Below are positions 19,984-29,541 of a stretch of 51,251 bases of DNA, piece after piece. Source of the DNA: a virus (taxonomy: Duplodnaviria; Caudoviricetes); IMG/VR virus record IMGVR_UViG_3300032069_000017, positions 1 to 51,251 of that record. One strand, 5' to 3'. A program made the position numbers and the translations under genes. Positions within the stretch are counted from its first letter, which is position 1. Each line of letters begins with the position of its first letter. A model generated the notes under the pieces. That model did no database searches, was not told where the DNA came from, and was given only the letters and a program-made list of their open reading frames with translations.

Positions 19984-20583
19984 ATAGAAAAGTATATAGA
20001 TAAGACTGATAGGCTTACTAAACTAAAAGAACAAGTAGAACAGTGTACTAAATGTAGAAACTTAGTAGAAAGTAGAAAACTATATCCTTATGGGAAGCCA
20101 ACATTTGGTTATGGTAATCCTAATAGTAAGATAATACTTATAGGAGAAGCACCCGGACATCTAGGTTGTGGAAGAACCGGTAAACCGTTTATGGGTGATA
20201 GAAGTGGTGATATATACCTTAGAGCCTTAAGAGAATCTAGATTAGAATATGACCAAGTTTATACTACTAATGTTGTTAAGTGCTGTCCATTAGCTAATAG
20301 AACACCTACTAAGGAAGAAATAGAAAACTGTAGAATTTGGCTAAAGAAGGAAATAGAAATAGTTAATCCCAGAATAATAGTTTGTCTTGGAAGAACTGCG
20401 GCTAACTGGTTTGGTATAAGGGATAACCTTAATAAAGCACTAGTTACTAATTATAAATATGGAGAACAGCTTGTTAAGGTTTTATACCATCCCGCGTATC
20501 CATTGCGTTGTGGAAGCCAAGCTGTTCTCCAGTGGCTATCAATATTTAGATTAACTATAAAGGAGATTAATAAAATTGTCTAA
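19984..20583 (+). CDS. udg: Family 4 (Fe-S) uracil-DNA glycosylase, probable ATA start
   Basis: The frame upstream of the tracked ORF reads CTKCRNL…GNPNSKIILIGEAPG…GKPF, then NVVKC and YHPAY. There is no ATG/GTG/TTG between TAA 19981 and ATG 20191. Confidence 0.9.
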   Translation: MEKYIDKTDRLTKLKEQVEQCTKCRNLVESRKLYPYGKPTFGYGNPNSKIILIGEAPGHLGCGRTGKPFMGDRSGDIYLRALRESRLEYDQVYTTNVVKCCPLANRTPTKEEIENCRIWLKKEIEIVNPRIIVCLGRTAANWFGIRDNLNKALVTNYKYGEQLVKVLYHPAYPLRCGSQAVLQWLSIFRLTIKEINKIV

Positions 20584-20613
20584 GTTTCCAATAACCGTTT
20601 ATGGGGTTAAAAG

Positions 20614-21186
20614 ATGACAGGAAAGCTTATTATAGTTTGTGGTGTAGATGGTTCAGGGAAAACTACATTAATTGAAGGGCTTAGACGTTTAGGAATACCA
20701 GACTATATATTTAACTATTCATATCCAAAGATGTGGAGTATAGATACTAATGGAGCATTTGCTATGGGTGAATATATAGCTAGTTTAAGAATATTTCAAC
20801 AGCTAATAATTAGGGATAAAGTAATAGTTACAGATAGATTCCATTTAGGTGAATATGTGTATGGTATAGTTATGAGACACTATCCTAAATGGTTTGCAGA
20901 GAAAATAGTAGAAGACGTAGAAGATTATATGCTTAATGATGATTTAATACTAAAGTTTCCTATATATATTATAATACTACATAGTTCACCTTCTACTATA
21001 TTAAAAAGGAAAGGAAGCTTAAAGGGTGAATATCCAACAACAGAAGAAGAACTTTATGATATAGATAAATACTATACTATTGTTCCTACTAGGATTAAGT
21101 GTCTCCATATAACTACTGATTCTTTAAAGTATAATAATCACCAAGATTTAGTATTAAAAGAAGTAGTGAAGTGGTTAAGTGGTTAA
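20614..21186 (+). CDS. Deoxynucleoside monophosphate (thymidylate-like) kinase
   Basis: GVDGSGKTT P-loop and the DRF motif. Confidence 0.85.
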   Translation: MTGKLIIVCGVDGSGKTTLIEGLRRLGIPDYIFNYSYPKMWSIDTNGAFAMGEYIASLRIFQQLIIRDKVIVTDRFHLGEYVYGIVMRHYPKWFAEKIVEDVEDYMLNDDLILKFPIYIIILHSSPSTILKRKGSLKGEYPTTEEELYDIDKYYTIVPTRIKCLHITTDSLKYNNHQDLVLKEVVKWLSG

Positions 21187-21232
21187 TTACTGGTTTACTG
21201 CTGATACACATTTTGGACATGCTAACAGTTAA
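21179..21232 (+). pseudogene. Orphan duplicate 5' end of the metallophosphoesterase gene
   Basis: GTG-start MVNYWFTADTHFGHANS followed by a stop. Confidence 0.75.
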
Positions 21233-21262
21233 ATAGTAGGGGACTCCTTTATTATAATATAG

Positions 21263-21823
21263 GTGAGAAATTTGGTGAAGCTAGGAAAAGAAAATCCAAA
21301 TTATAAACATGGAAGATATATTAAAAATAACTGTAAAACTTGTAATAAACCAATTGACCCAAGGAGTACTTTTTGTCATAAATGTAGACCAAATAGAGGT
21401 CATCCATTATCTCTTGAAGTTAAGAAAAAAATAGGTCTAGCATCCAAATCTAAGTTTACTAATGAATATAAAGAAAAGCATTATAGAAGTAAATTTAGAA
21501 ATACAAAACACCGAGCAATTAATGGATATATTTTAGTTAAAAATTATGACCACCCAAATAGAGATTCACATAATAATATTCTTGAACATGTTCTTATTAT
21601 GAGCCAGTCTCTTAGAAGACCTTTAATTAAAGGAGAAGTTATTCACCATATTAATTTTGATAGAGCAGATAATAATATTCTAAATCTTTATTTATATAAA
21701 AATCGTTCTGAACATATTCATAAAGCACAAGGTTCTTTATTTTCTCTTGTAAAAGAATTATTAAGGAGAAATATAATTTCCTTTGAGGATGGTAAATATA
21801 AAATTAGGAGGAGAAGTCCTTGA
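21263..21823 (+). CDS. HNH homing endonuclease (HNH_3 type, with NUMOD-like N-terminus)
   Basis: ENPNYKHG, ILEHVLIM…EVIHHINFDRADNNILNLYL. Confidence 0.85.
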   Translation: MRNLVKLGKENPNYKHGRYIKNNCKTCNKPIDPRSTFCHKCRPNRGHPLSLEVKKKIGLASKSKFTNEYKEKHYRSKFRNTKHRAINGYILVKNYDHPNRDSHNNILEHVLIMSQSLRRPLIKGEVIHHINFDRADNNILNLYLYKNRSEHIHKAQGSLFSLVKELLRRNIISFEDGKYKIRRRSP

Positions 21824-22348
21824 ACTATTGGTTTACGGCGGACACCCACTTTCGGACATAGTAATATAATAAAATATACTAAGCGTCCCTTTAAGAATGT
21901 AGGAGAAATGGATTACCAATTAATACAAAACTGGAATAGTAGAGTAAAGCTAGAAGATATAGTATTTCACTTAGGAGACTTCTGTTTTAAACAATTAGAA
22001 AATAAGACTGTTAAATACTATACTGACCTATTAAATGGACAAATAATATTTATTAGGGGTAATCATGATTCTAATAATGGTATAAAAACTTGTATAGAAA
22101 GTATTGAAATTTATCTAGGTGGAAAGCACCTTTTATTAGTTCATAGACCAGAACAATCTGCTAAAGGATATGATTTATGTTTAGTAGGACATGTTCATGA
22201 TGCTTGGAAATTCCAGACTATATCCTTTAGGAAATGGGGAAAGTGGGATGTTTGTAATGTAGGAGTAGATGTTTGGGATTTTAAACCGGTTAATATTAAT
22301 GAAATACTAGATGCATACAAGGAGTGGAAGAAGAATGTATCTGTTTAA
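21820..22348 (+). CDS. Calcineurin-like metallophosphoesterase with a +1 frameshift at 21850-21853
   Basis: TTG-start MNYWFTADTHF in one frame, continuing as GHSNIIKY…HLGD…GNHD…GHVH in the +1 frame. AGGAGGAG RBS. Confidence 0.8.
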
Positions 22349-23300
22349 AGGAGATTGTGTCCCTTCATTATACGCTAAGATTCTAGAAACCGTATTAAAT
22401 GAAGGTATTAATATAGGTCCACGTGGGTTATTAACAAAAGAATTAAGTCCAGTATGTATAGAAATTACTAATCCTAGACAAAGGCTTTTTGGTCATCCGC
22501 ATAGAAAAGAAGTTAGTATATTTACGTATATAGAAGGATTATGGATATTATTAAAGGAAGCTTCAGTAGATAGACTAGTTCACTATGTACCAGCTATGGC
22601 TAACTTTACACATGAAAATACTAAGTTTCTAGATGGGGCTTATGGACCAGCTATAGGTAATCAATTAGAGGAAGTATATAATAGACTAAAGGCTGACACA
22701 GATACTAGGCAAGCTATAGTAATAATAAACCAACCACAACTTCACCATTTACCTACTAAGGATTATCCATGCACACTAAGTTTCCAGTTCCTAATAAGAA
22801 ATAAGAAGCTAGATATGATAGCTACTATGCGTAGTCAAGATGCATGGTTAGGATTAGTATACGATACAGGTGAATTTCAATGGTTCCAGTCTATCTTAGC
22901 TGGATGGCTAGGAGTAGAAGTAGGAAGGTATATTCATATTGATGGTTCTCTTCATTTATATGAGAAGGATTTTGTTAAAGCTAAAGAAGTAATAGACAAT
23001 GATGGTTCTTTTAATCTATATGATAAAGCTGAAGTTCTAGATGAAAGAGTACCCAAGGAGGACTTTGATATAATGCTGAAGAATCTAGCTTTGTGGGAAG
23101 AATGTTGGAGAATAGATAAGCTTATACCAACTGATATTGATATATACTTTAAAAATAAGTTCTACCATAATTTAGCTAGTATAATAATGGCGTATAATCT
23201 TAGATTACAAGGAAAAAAGAATGAAGCTTATTGGATAGTTCAAGGTGGTAAAAGTGATTTAGCTATTATTTATGAGCAACGTTGGAGACAGAATAAATGA
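22335..23300 (+). CDS. Thymidylate-synthase-family enzyme, dCMP-type specificity residue
   Basis: GAYG, DTRQA, DYPC, MRSQDAWLGLVYD and GSLHLY motifs. Confidence 0.85.
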   Translation: MYLFKGDCVPSLYAKILETVLNEGINIGPRGLLTKELSPVCIEITNPRQRLFGHPHRKEVSIFTYIEGLWILLKEASVDRLVHYVPAMANFTHENTKFLDGAYGPAIGNQLEEVYNRLKADTDTRQAIVIINQPQLHHLPTKDYPCTLSFQFLIRNKKLDMIATMRSQDAWLGLVYDTGEFQWFQSILAGWLGVEVGRYIHIDGSLHLYEKDFVKAKEVIDNDGSFNLYDKAEVLDERVPKEDFDIMLKNLALWEECWRIDKLIPTDIDIYFKNKFYHNLASIIMAYNLRLQGKKNEAYWIVQGGKSDLAIIYEQRWRQNK

Positions 23301-23572
23301 CTCAAAGTGGAAATTATTATTATAAACATGCTGGTGTTTTGTCTTCGTGGCGCATACCTGTATGTGTAATATGTAAAAGATTCTTAAATAAGTTCCAAGA
23401 TAAATATTGTAATCGATGCGCTAAGGAAGTTTATAGAAAAGAAGCAAATAAAGCTAACAGAAAATATTTAAAGAAACGTTATAGAATTGATAGTGAATAT
23501 AGAAAATTATGTTTACTTAAGTTAGAAGTTCTAACAAATCCTAATAGATTTAATGTTGGAGATACAGTATAA
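23297..23572 (+). CDS. Zn-finger protein
   Basis: CVIC…YCNRC; paralogue of 34295..34501. Confidence 0.6.
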   Translation: MTQSGNYYYKHAGVLSSWRIPVCVICKRFLNKFQDKYCNRCAKEVYRKEANKANRKYLKKRYRIDSEYRKLCLLKLEVLTNPNRFNVGDTV

Positions 23573-23780
23573 AATGCTATCTGGGTGGAGAAATAAGTGA
23601 AGTTATTTAATAGAGAACATAACCTATATCATAAAGGTGAAGTCCCAGAAAATATAAAGAAATCTAATGATAAGGTTGGTGGAATATTTTATAGAGGAAA
23701 CTATTATGAAGTTCACTTTGCTAATAGGGTGGAATTTAGAACCTTAAATAATAGGATTATAGGATGGAGTGAAATAGAAG

Positions 23781-24200
23781 TTGTTAAGTGACAAAGAAGT
23801 ATTAGAAGCAATTAAGTGGAACAAAATAGTAATAGAACCATTTAATAGAGAACGGCTTGGACCATGTAGTTATGATATTACTACCAGAATAGTAAAAGAA
23901 GATGAAGAAAGCTTATACTTAGTAAGTGAAGAAACTATTACTATAGGTAAAGATATAGTAGGTATAGGAATACTAAGAAGCAATGCAAGCAAAAGAGTTA
24001 GTCCAGTAATAGCTAGTTATAGTCAGTTAATAGACCCCGGTTATAGTGGTAAACTAATATTTAGAATATTAAAACTGAAGTTTCCTATTGGTGATATAGC
24101 TAATCTATTTCAGATAGTATTTTTTAGATTAAGGAATAAAGTAGAGGTTGGATACAACGAACGTAGTAAAAGTACTGCGATGGGTAGACAAGGCTTTTAA
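23781..24200 (+). CDS. dCTP deaminase/dUTPase-family (trimeric) protein
   Basis: LSDKE…IEPF…GPCSYD, RS and IDPGYSG motifs. Confidence 0.8.
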   Translation: MLSDKEVLEAIKWNKIVIEPFNRERLGPCSYDITTRIVKEDEESLYLVSEETITIGKDIVGIGILRSNASKRVSPVIASYSQLIDPGYSGKLIFRILKLKFPIGDIANLFQIVFFRLRNKVEVGYNERSKSTAMGRQGF

Positions 24201-24366
24201 AGATAAAGCTTTACGAAAGACGATAGTCTATAGAACATTAGGAATAGCTACTGGGTTCCTTATAAGCTATGGTATATTTAGAACTGTTGAAGTTTGTTTA
24301 GAATTGACAATAGCTATAGAACTTGCTCATTCTGTATTATATTATATAATGGAGAAATTCTACTAA
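24148..24366 (+). CDS. DUF2061-like small membrane protein
   Basis: KTIVYRTLG…HSVLYYIMEK pattern; start codon uncertain. Confidence 0.45.
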   Translation: MDTTNVVKVLRWVDKAFKDKALRKTIVYRTLGIATGFLISYGIFRTVEVCLELTIAIELAHSVLYYIMEKFY

Positions 24367-24405
24367 TGGAAAGGTTTATTAATAAGATTAAGTATAGTAT
24401 TATAA

Positions 24406-24532
24406 TGCCGGTCCTAAGTCTAAAGGACTGGTACTTTATACGTCCTGAGAAACTGGGCGTCCACTCAACGTACCATGGCTCAGGCGGTGGCAGAAGAGCT
24501 TCGACGGGAGCTAGAACGAGCCTGCTACCGTA
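24406..24532 (+). ncRNA. Candidate structured non-coding RNA
   Basis: GC-rich island with three stems that use G-U pairs on the + strand, about 25 nt downstream of AAGGTTTATTAA (BRE/TATA-like). Confidence 0.6.
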
Positions 24533-24572
24533 TTTATATTCTATAAGTAATAAATATAAAGGAAGTGAAATC

Positions 24573-24821
24573 ATGAAACCACAAAAAAGGCTTGAATTAA
24601 CAGAACAAGAATTTGAGGAACTTGTGAATGAATTGTCAGAAAGAATCAAAGACGTGATATACATGAACCTTAAAGGTAGGCTTCGGAATGAAGTAAAGAA
24701 GATATTTAAAGCAGAACTTGAAACTAATAGTTCAATAGAACTCACATGGGCACTGCACCTTGTTTTTGGGGATATAGAACAAATAGTTGGAAGATTAAGA
24801 AGGAAGGAAGCGAAACCGTGA
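24573..24821 (+). CDS. Hypothetical helical protein
   Basis: Likely start is ATG 24573 after GGAAGTGA. The longer tracked ORF merely runs through the ncRNA. Confidence 0.55.
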   Translation: MKPQKRLELTEQEFEELVNELSERIKDVIYMNLKGRLRNEVKKIFKAELETNSSIELTWALHLVFGDIEQIVGRLRRKEAKP

Positions 24822-25016
24822 AAGTAAGACAAAATTGTAATATGTGTAATAGACCTTTCTGGGTGAATGAGAAGGAAACAGACACTAATAAAAGGGAATA
24901 CTGCCAGAAGTGTAGGAATTTAATGAATATGATTAACCAGAAGCAAGTTAAATTTACTAAAAGAAAAGTATCTATTAATGATGTGTTTAAGAACGCTGAA
25001 CATACATAAGTAAAGT

Positions 25017-25028
25017 GAACACGTGTTC
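25017..25028. promoter_or_regulatory. GAAC-N4-GTTC palindromic operator
   Basis: GAACACGTGTTC upstream of the MTase promoter (AAGGTTTATTAA at about 25051). Confidence 0.5.
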
Positions 25029-25094
25029 GTTAAAATGAACAGTATAAAGAAAGGTTTATTAAGAATAAAAGGTATAGTATAAAGGTAGAAGTTT

Positions 25095-26054
25095 ATGAAA
25101 GCCTATGTTTTTTATTCTACATACCATCATTGGGTTCAATCTTTATTAGATGCTAATTATACAATTATAGGATGTTATCAACCAGATGTCACTATTGACC
25201 CAGATAAGTATATGGAACAAGATAGGCTTTCTAATTTAGTATTACAAATGAATTTTCCTAAGATACAAGTTATGGGACCAATGTGTATAAAGGAGCATTT
25301 TAATGATATAGACCTTATAGTAGGTAGTCCACCGTGTGTAGGTTTTAGTAAAGCTAGTCCGGTTAGTAGGTTAGACCATCCTTGGAATAAGCATACTCTT
25401 AATTTTGCTAAGTGGATAGCTAAGATTCTACCTGAGCATTTTCTAATGGAAATGGTACCAGAACTGCTTACTAAGGGTGAGGAATTATGGGTTAGATATA
25501 TAGAAACTATTAATACTGATTACCTATTTACTTATAAGATTATGGATGCTGCTGATTATGGTGCGGCTCAAAGACGTAAACGGTTACTTGTATGGGGTTG
25601 TAGAAGGGACCAAGAATGGATTGACCCGCTAGAAACTTTGCCTAAGATTCCAGCTAAGACTATAGGGGAGGTAATACCAGAAAATGTATCTAGATATTGG
25701 GATATGTATAAACCAGATACTAAATATATAATGCCTGTAGAAAGGATAGATGGTAAACTTAGAAAGGGACCATTTAGTTTATTAGCTACTCCAGAAAGGA
25801 GGAATAAAAGAACTTTAACTAGGAATGATGTATCGTTCACTTTAGTTAAGTTTTCTACTCATAATATGTTATACCAAAGAGAAGAAAGGAGACGGTTCTT
25901 TAGTATAGAAGAACTTAAACTTATAATGGGATTTCCAATAGACTATAAGTTTCCTAATAAGAATGTTCAAGAAGTATCTAGATGTATAGCAAGTGGGATT
26001 GATATTAGGTTTGCTACCCATTTACTAAAACATATTAAGGGCGTGTTAGAATGA
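25095..26054 (+). CDS. C5-cytosine DNA methyltransferase-like protein with atypical motif I
   Basis: GSPPCVGFS, EMV and AAQRRKR motifs are present; FxGxG is missing from the N-terminus. Confidence 0.8.
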   Translation: MKAYVFYSTYHHWVQSLLDANYTIIGCYQPDVTIDPDKYMEQDRLSNLVLQMNFPKIQVMGPMCIKEHFNDIDLIVGSPPCVGFSKASPVSRLDHPWNKHTLNFAKWIAKILPEHFLMEMVPELLTKGEELWVRYIETINTDYLFTYKIMDAADYGAAQRRKRLLVWGCRRDQEWIDPLETLPKIPAKTIGEVIPENVSRYWDMYKPDTKYIMPVERIDGKLRKGPFSLLATPERRNKRTLTRNDVSFTLVKFSTHNMLYQREERRRFFSIEELKLIMGFPIDYKFPNKNVQEVSRCIASGIDIRFATHLLKHIKGVLE

Positions 26055-26194
26055 GTTGTGGAACATATAAAGGGGATACTAGAATAAATTGTGAAGGATG
26101 TTATTACTTAAAGTATAAAATTTTAGAATCGTGTTTAGATTGTCTCCAGAAGTATTGGGAAGAAAGGAAAGGAAAGGGAAGGAAGTTAAACTAA

Positions 26195-27097
26195 ATGAGT
26201 GAAAAGTTTAGGTGTAAATACTGCAATAGTGATAATGTGGGTATACATGTAAAGCCTAATAGGTATAAATGTTTTAACTGTGGAAGAACCTTTACGATAA
26301 ATGTAGCTATAGATAATGAAATAACGACTAAGATTTCAGAGGGAGTTACTAGGCTAGAAGTAAACTTAAAGACTGACGAAGATAGAATAAGACTAGTTCC
26401 TATAGGAGATATACATATTGGAGCGCCGAAGGGACAATGCGATTGGGCTAAAGTTAAAAGGGAACTTAATTATATACTGAATACTCCTAATACCTATATG
26501 TATGGTATGGGAGACTATATGGACTGTGCGCAGAAGATGACGGGCGGGCATGGTGGACCAAACCTATTCCAGAGTAGCTTAAGTCCCATGGAACAGTATA
26601 ACGTTATAGAAGATGCCTTTAAACCTTTAGCTAAGAAGGGTAAAATAATAGGTCTGCACGCTGGTAATCATGAGGACTGGATTATGCAGCAGAACGGAAT
26701 ACAAATAATAGACTTACTATGCAGAAGCTTAGGTGTACCGTTTTTAGGACCGGGTTGTGATACTATATTAACCGTTAATAAACAGAAGTATAGTATCTAT
26801 AGTCAACATGGTTCTAGTAATGCTAAGCTTAAATATACTAAGCTTGGGGCATTAATAAACGCTACTAGAGATATATTTAGTGAAATATTCTTATACGGTC
26901 ATGTTCATCAGCTAGGGGTACAGAAGGGAGGTAAACGATTAGGAAATAACCAAATGAAGACCTATTATATATTAACTGGGCATTTCTTAAACTGGGAAGG
27001 TTCATATGCCCAAGCGTTTGGTTTAGATGTATGTCCATCAGGCTGTGCACAAATAAAACTATTTAGTGATAGAAAGGATATTCATGTGTCCATCTAA
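26195..27097 (+). CDS. Zn-ribbon plus calcineurin-like metallophosphoesterase
   Basis: CKYC…CFNC; GDIHIG, GDYMD, GNHE, HG, GHVH. Confidence 0.85.
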   Translation: MSEKFRCKYCNSDNVGIHVKPNRYKCFNCGRTFTINVAIDNEITTKISEGVTRLEVNLKTDEDRIRLVPIGDIHIGAPKGQCDWAKVKRELNYILNTPNTYMYGMGDYMDCAQKMTGGHGGPNLFQSSLSPMEQYNVIEDAFKPLAKKGKIIGLHAGNHEDWIMQQNGIQIIDLLCRSLGVPFLGPGCDTILTVNKQKYSIYSQHGSSNAKLKYTKLGALINATRDIFSEIFLYGHVHQLGVQKGGKRLGNNQMKTYYILTGHFLNWEGSYAQAFGLDVCPSGCAQIKLFSDRKDIHVSI

Positions 27098-27596
27098 GAA
27101 ACTTAATGAAATAAAAGGTTGGTTAGAAGTAGATGAGAAACTTAAACAGGATATACCGAATATATGTCCCAAGTGCGGGGGAAAACTTAATCATGTGGAC
27201 GCACTACAAACTTGTAATATGTACTTTATATACTGTATGAATTTAGAATGTCGTTATGCGGAAATATATAGAGAATATGAGGTATATAAATGATTAATAA
27301 AATAACTATAAGAATAAGCTTTCCAGCTACAATAGGATTAATACTTTATATTAGCTATCTATTAAAGGTTTGTTCTTATGAATTTATGGTAATAACATTA
27401 TTACTATTAATATTATGGGAAGCAACCGTGAAGGAATAAATATGAATAGAATAGATGAAATAAAAATAGTATGTAAGAAATGCCACTATTATAAGAATAT
27501 CTGCCACTATGACTATGGAGATTCTATGACTAAGATTCCGTGTGAAGCATTAAGAATATTAATGAAGATAGAATTGATGCTACAAGGTGTAGATGT

Positions 27597-28118
27597 ATGA
27601 GTAAAAGAAAAGATTTTGAGCAATGGAAGATTGAAGTGGTCTATAAACAACAAGATGGTATATGTGTTAAGTGCGGTAATCCACTAATAGCTGGATTCCA
27701 TAGACACCATAAGGACGGAGATAATACTAATAATTCTATAGAAAACCTAGAACTACTTTGTATGACTTGCCACGGTTCAGAACAGTGGAAAACTTTGCAG
27801 CAACAGAAAGAGAAGCATATAGGAGAACTTAATACTCTTATACAGAAGGGAATAGAAGGTGGAGTAGCTGGAGCAGTACTAGATAAACTATTAGATGCTA
27901 TTAAACTAGCTCTTAGTCTAGAAAGGCAAGTTAATGGTTTAGAAGTAGAAGAAGCTCCAGCGTCAGTAAAGACAGAGTATTCACAGGTTATAGTAGAATG
28001 GAATCTTAAGGAATGGGAACGTGGAATAAAAGAAGGATTGCTTAAAGGTCTGGATATTAGTCTATCTAAAATTAATGAGGATATGGATAGTAAGGTAACT
28101 AAAAAGAAGGTTAAATAA
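27597..28118 (+). CDS. HNH endonuclease domain plus helical C-terminus
   Basis: CVKCG…HHKDGDNTNNSIENLELLCMTCH. Confidence 0.8.
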   Translation: MSKRKDFEQWKIEVVYKQQDGICVKCGNPLIAGFHRHHKDGDNTNNSIENLELLCMTCHGSEQWKTLQQQKEKHIGELNTLIQKGIEGGVAGAVLDKLLDAIKLALSLERQVNGLEVEEAPASVKTEYSQVIVEWNLKEWERGIKEGLLKGLDISLSKINEDMDSKVTKKKVK

Positions 28119-29242
28119 TGGGGAGACCTAAAGGTTCTAAAAATAAGGACACTGAAAACTTAGAGAATAAACCTGTAGAGGTTAAGTTAGATATGGAACA
28201 TTTAAAAGAAGAGAAGCCAACTGATGAGAAGACTATAGTCAATCATGAAGAAGATGTTGTTGATAGTAATGCAGAAGTGCATAGGCTAGAAGACTTACAA
28301 GGTATTGGTCCTAAGACAGCAGAGAAACTTAGAGAATTGGGATATACTTTAGTTGGTATAGCTACTGGTAGAGCAGATGAAATAGCAGCAGAAATGAAGA
28401 TTAGCTTTGTACAGGCTAAGACATGGGTAATGGCTGCACAGGAAGCTTTACTAAAGACTATGAAGATGAAGACAGCTAATGAAAGCGATAAGGATAAGAA
28501 GATTAAGCAACAGTTTATTAAAACTGGAAGCAATAGCTTTAACACTCTAATAGGTGGTGGCTTTCCAACTATGGCTACTACTGGATTAAGCGGTAGGTTC
28601 AGTACCGGTAAAACACAAGCATGCTTTGATGCTACAGTAGATTGCATAGGAAGGTTAAAGAGAAAAGTTGTATACATAGAGACTGAACCTAATACCTTTA
28701 GTCTAGATAGGCTTAAGCAGATAGCTAAAGCTAGAAAGCTAGACTGTAACTGGGATATGCTATATATATGTGAAGCGGACCAGATACCAACGGCTAAAGC
28801 ACAGTTCTTACAGTATAAGCTAGTGCAGAAAACACTAGAAGCTGGTGAAGATATAGGCTTAGTAATAGTGGATAGTTTTACTGCTAAGTTTAGACCCGGC
28901 TATAGTAGAAGGGAAATGCTACCGGTGAGGACTAGAGAGTTTACTGAACACTTCTTACTGATAGACTATCTGGCTAGTAAGTATAATGTGGCTTGGATAT
29001 TAACCTGCCAAGTAATAGGAGCACCAGACCCCGGTCAAAGCTTAGGTATTAAAATGAAGACTGGTGATAGTTTCTATCCCGTTGGTGGAGAATACCTACT
29101 ACATTCAGTAAATACTTGGGTAAGCCTGTTGCAAATAAAGACTGATTTATACGAAGCTATACTCTATGATAGTAGCTATCTACCAAGAAGTAAATGTGAA
29201 TTTATACTAACTTCAAATGGTCTAATGGACGGGGTAAAATAG
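28118..29242 (+). CDS. radA: RadA/Rad51-like recombinase
   Basis: N-terminal HhH (LQGIGPKTAEKL), Walker A GRFSTGKT, Walker B LVIVDS. Confidence 0.9.
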   Translation: MGRPKGSKNKDTENLENKPVEVKLDMEHLKEEKPTDEKTIVNHEEDVVDSNAEVHRLEDLQGIGPKTAEKLRELGYTLVGIATGRADEIAAEMKISFVQAKTWVMAAQEALLKTMKMKTANESDKDKKIKQQFIKTGSNSFNTLIGGGFPTMATTGLSGRFSTGKTQACFDATVDCIGRLKRKVVYIETEPNTFSLDRLKQIAKARKLDCNWDMLYICEADQIPTAKAQFLQYKLVQKTLEAGEDIGLVIVDSFTAKFRPGYSRREMLPVRTREFTEHFLLIDYLASKYNVAWILTCQVIGAPDPGQSLGIKMKTGDSFYPVGGEYLLHSVNTWVSLLQIKTDLYEAILYDSSYLPRSKCEFILTSNGLMDGVK

Positions 29243-29259
29243 TAAAAGGAGAAAATTAA

Positions 29260-29541
29260 ATGCCTAAAGTTTTTTGGTTTGATAACAAGGATATGGATAA
29301 GATGTATGGTAAATTTAGAATACTTAAAGGTAGTTATGTACAAGGTGCTTGCACGAAATGGAACGGTATGATTGTTATACATCTTAATACTGCAATAAGG
29401 ATATTAAGACATAGAACTTTAGGGACTATAGAAATATTAGGACATGAATATATACATTACTTAGCTGAAATAACTAGAGCTACAATAGTAGATAGGATAT
29501 TAGACTATATAAGTTATGGGTGGAAAAAAAGAAAAGAATAG
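29260..29541 (+). CDS. Small HExxH protein
   Basis: ILGHEYIHY. Confidence 0.5.
   Translation: MPKVFWFDNKDMDKMYGKFRILKGSYVQGACTKWNGMIVIHLNTAIRILRHRTLGTIEILGHEYIHYLAEITRATIVDRILDYISYGWKKRKE

Noticed and set aside
19876-20583. Stop-codon readthrough or recoding fusing a TM peptide to UDG
   Set aside because: TAA is used as a normal stop throughout. An RBS before ATA 19984 and the other ATA/ACG cases explain it more simply.
21220-21840. BHB intron around the 21263 HNH gene
   Set aside because: The best fold has only a 3-bp central helix (AAC/GTT), and canonical cuts give an out-of-frame product ending in a stop.
24406-24532. tRNA gene
   Set aside because: No cloverleaf, T-loop GTTCRA or acceptor stem arrangement.
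24294-24832. Tracked ORFs 24294..24821 (+, full length) and 24314..24832 (-)
   Set aside because: They run through the promoter and the ncRNA. The plausible gene starts at 24573, and the minus ORF is its antisense shadow.
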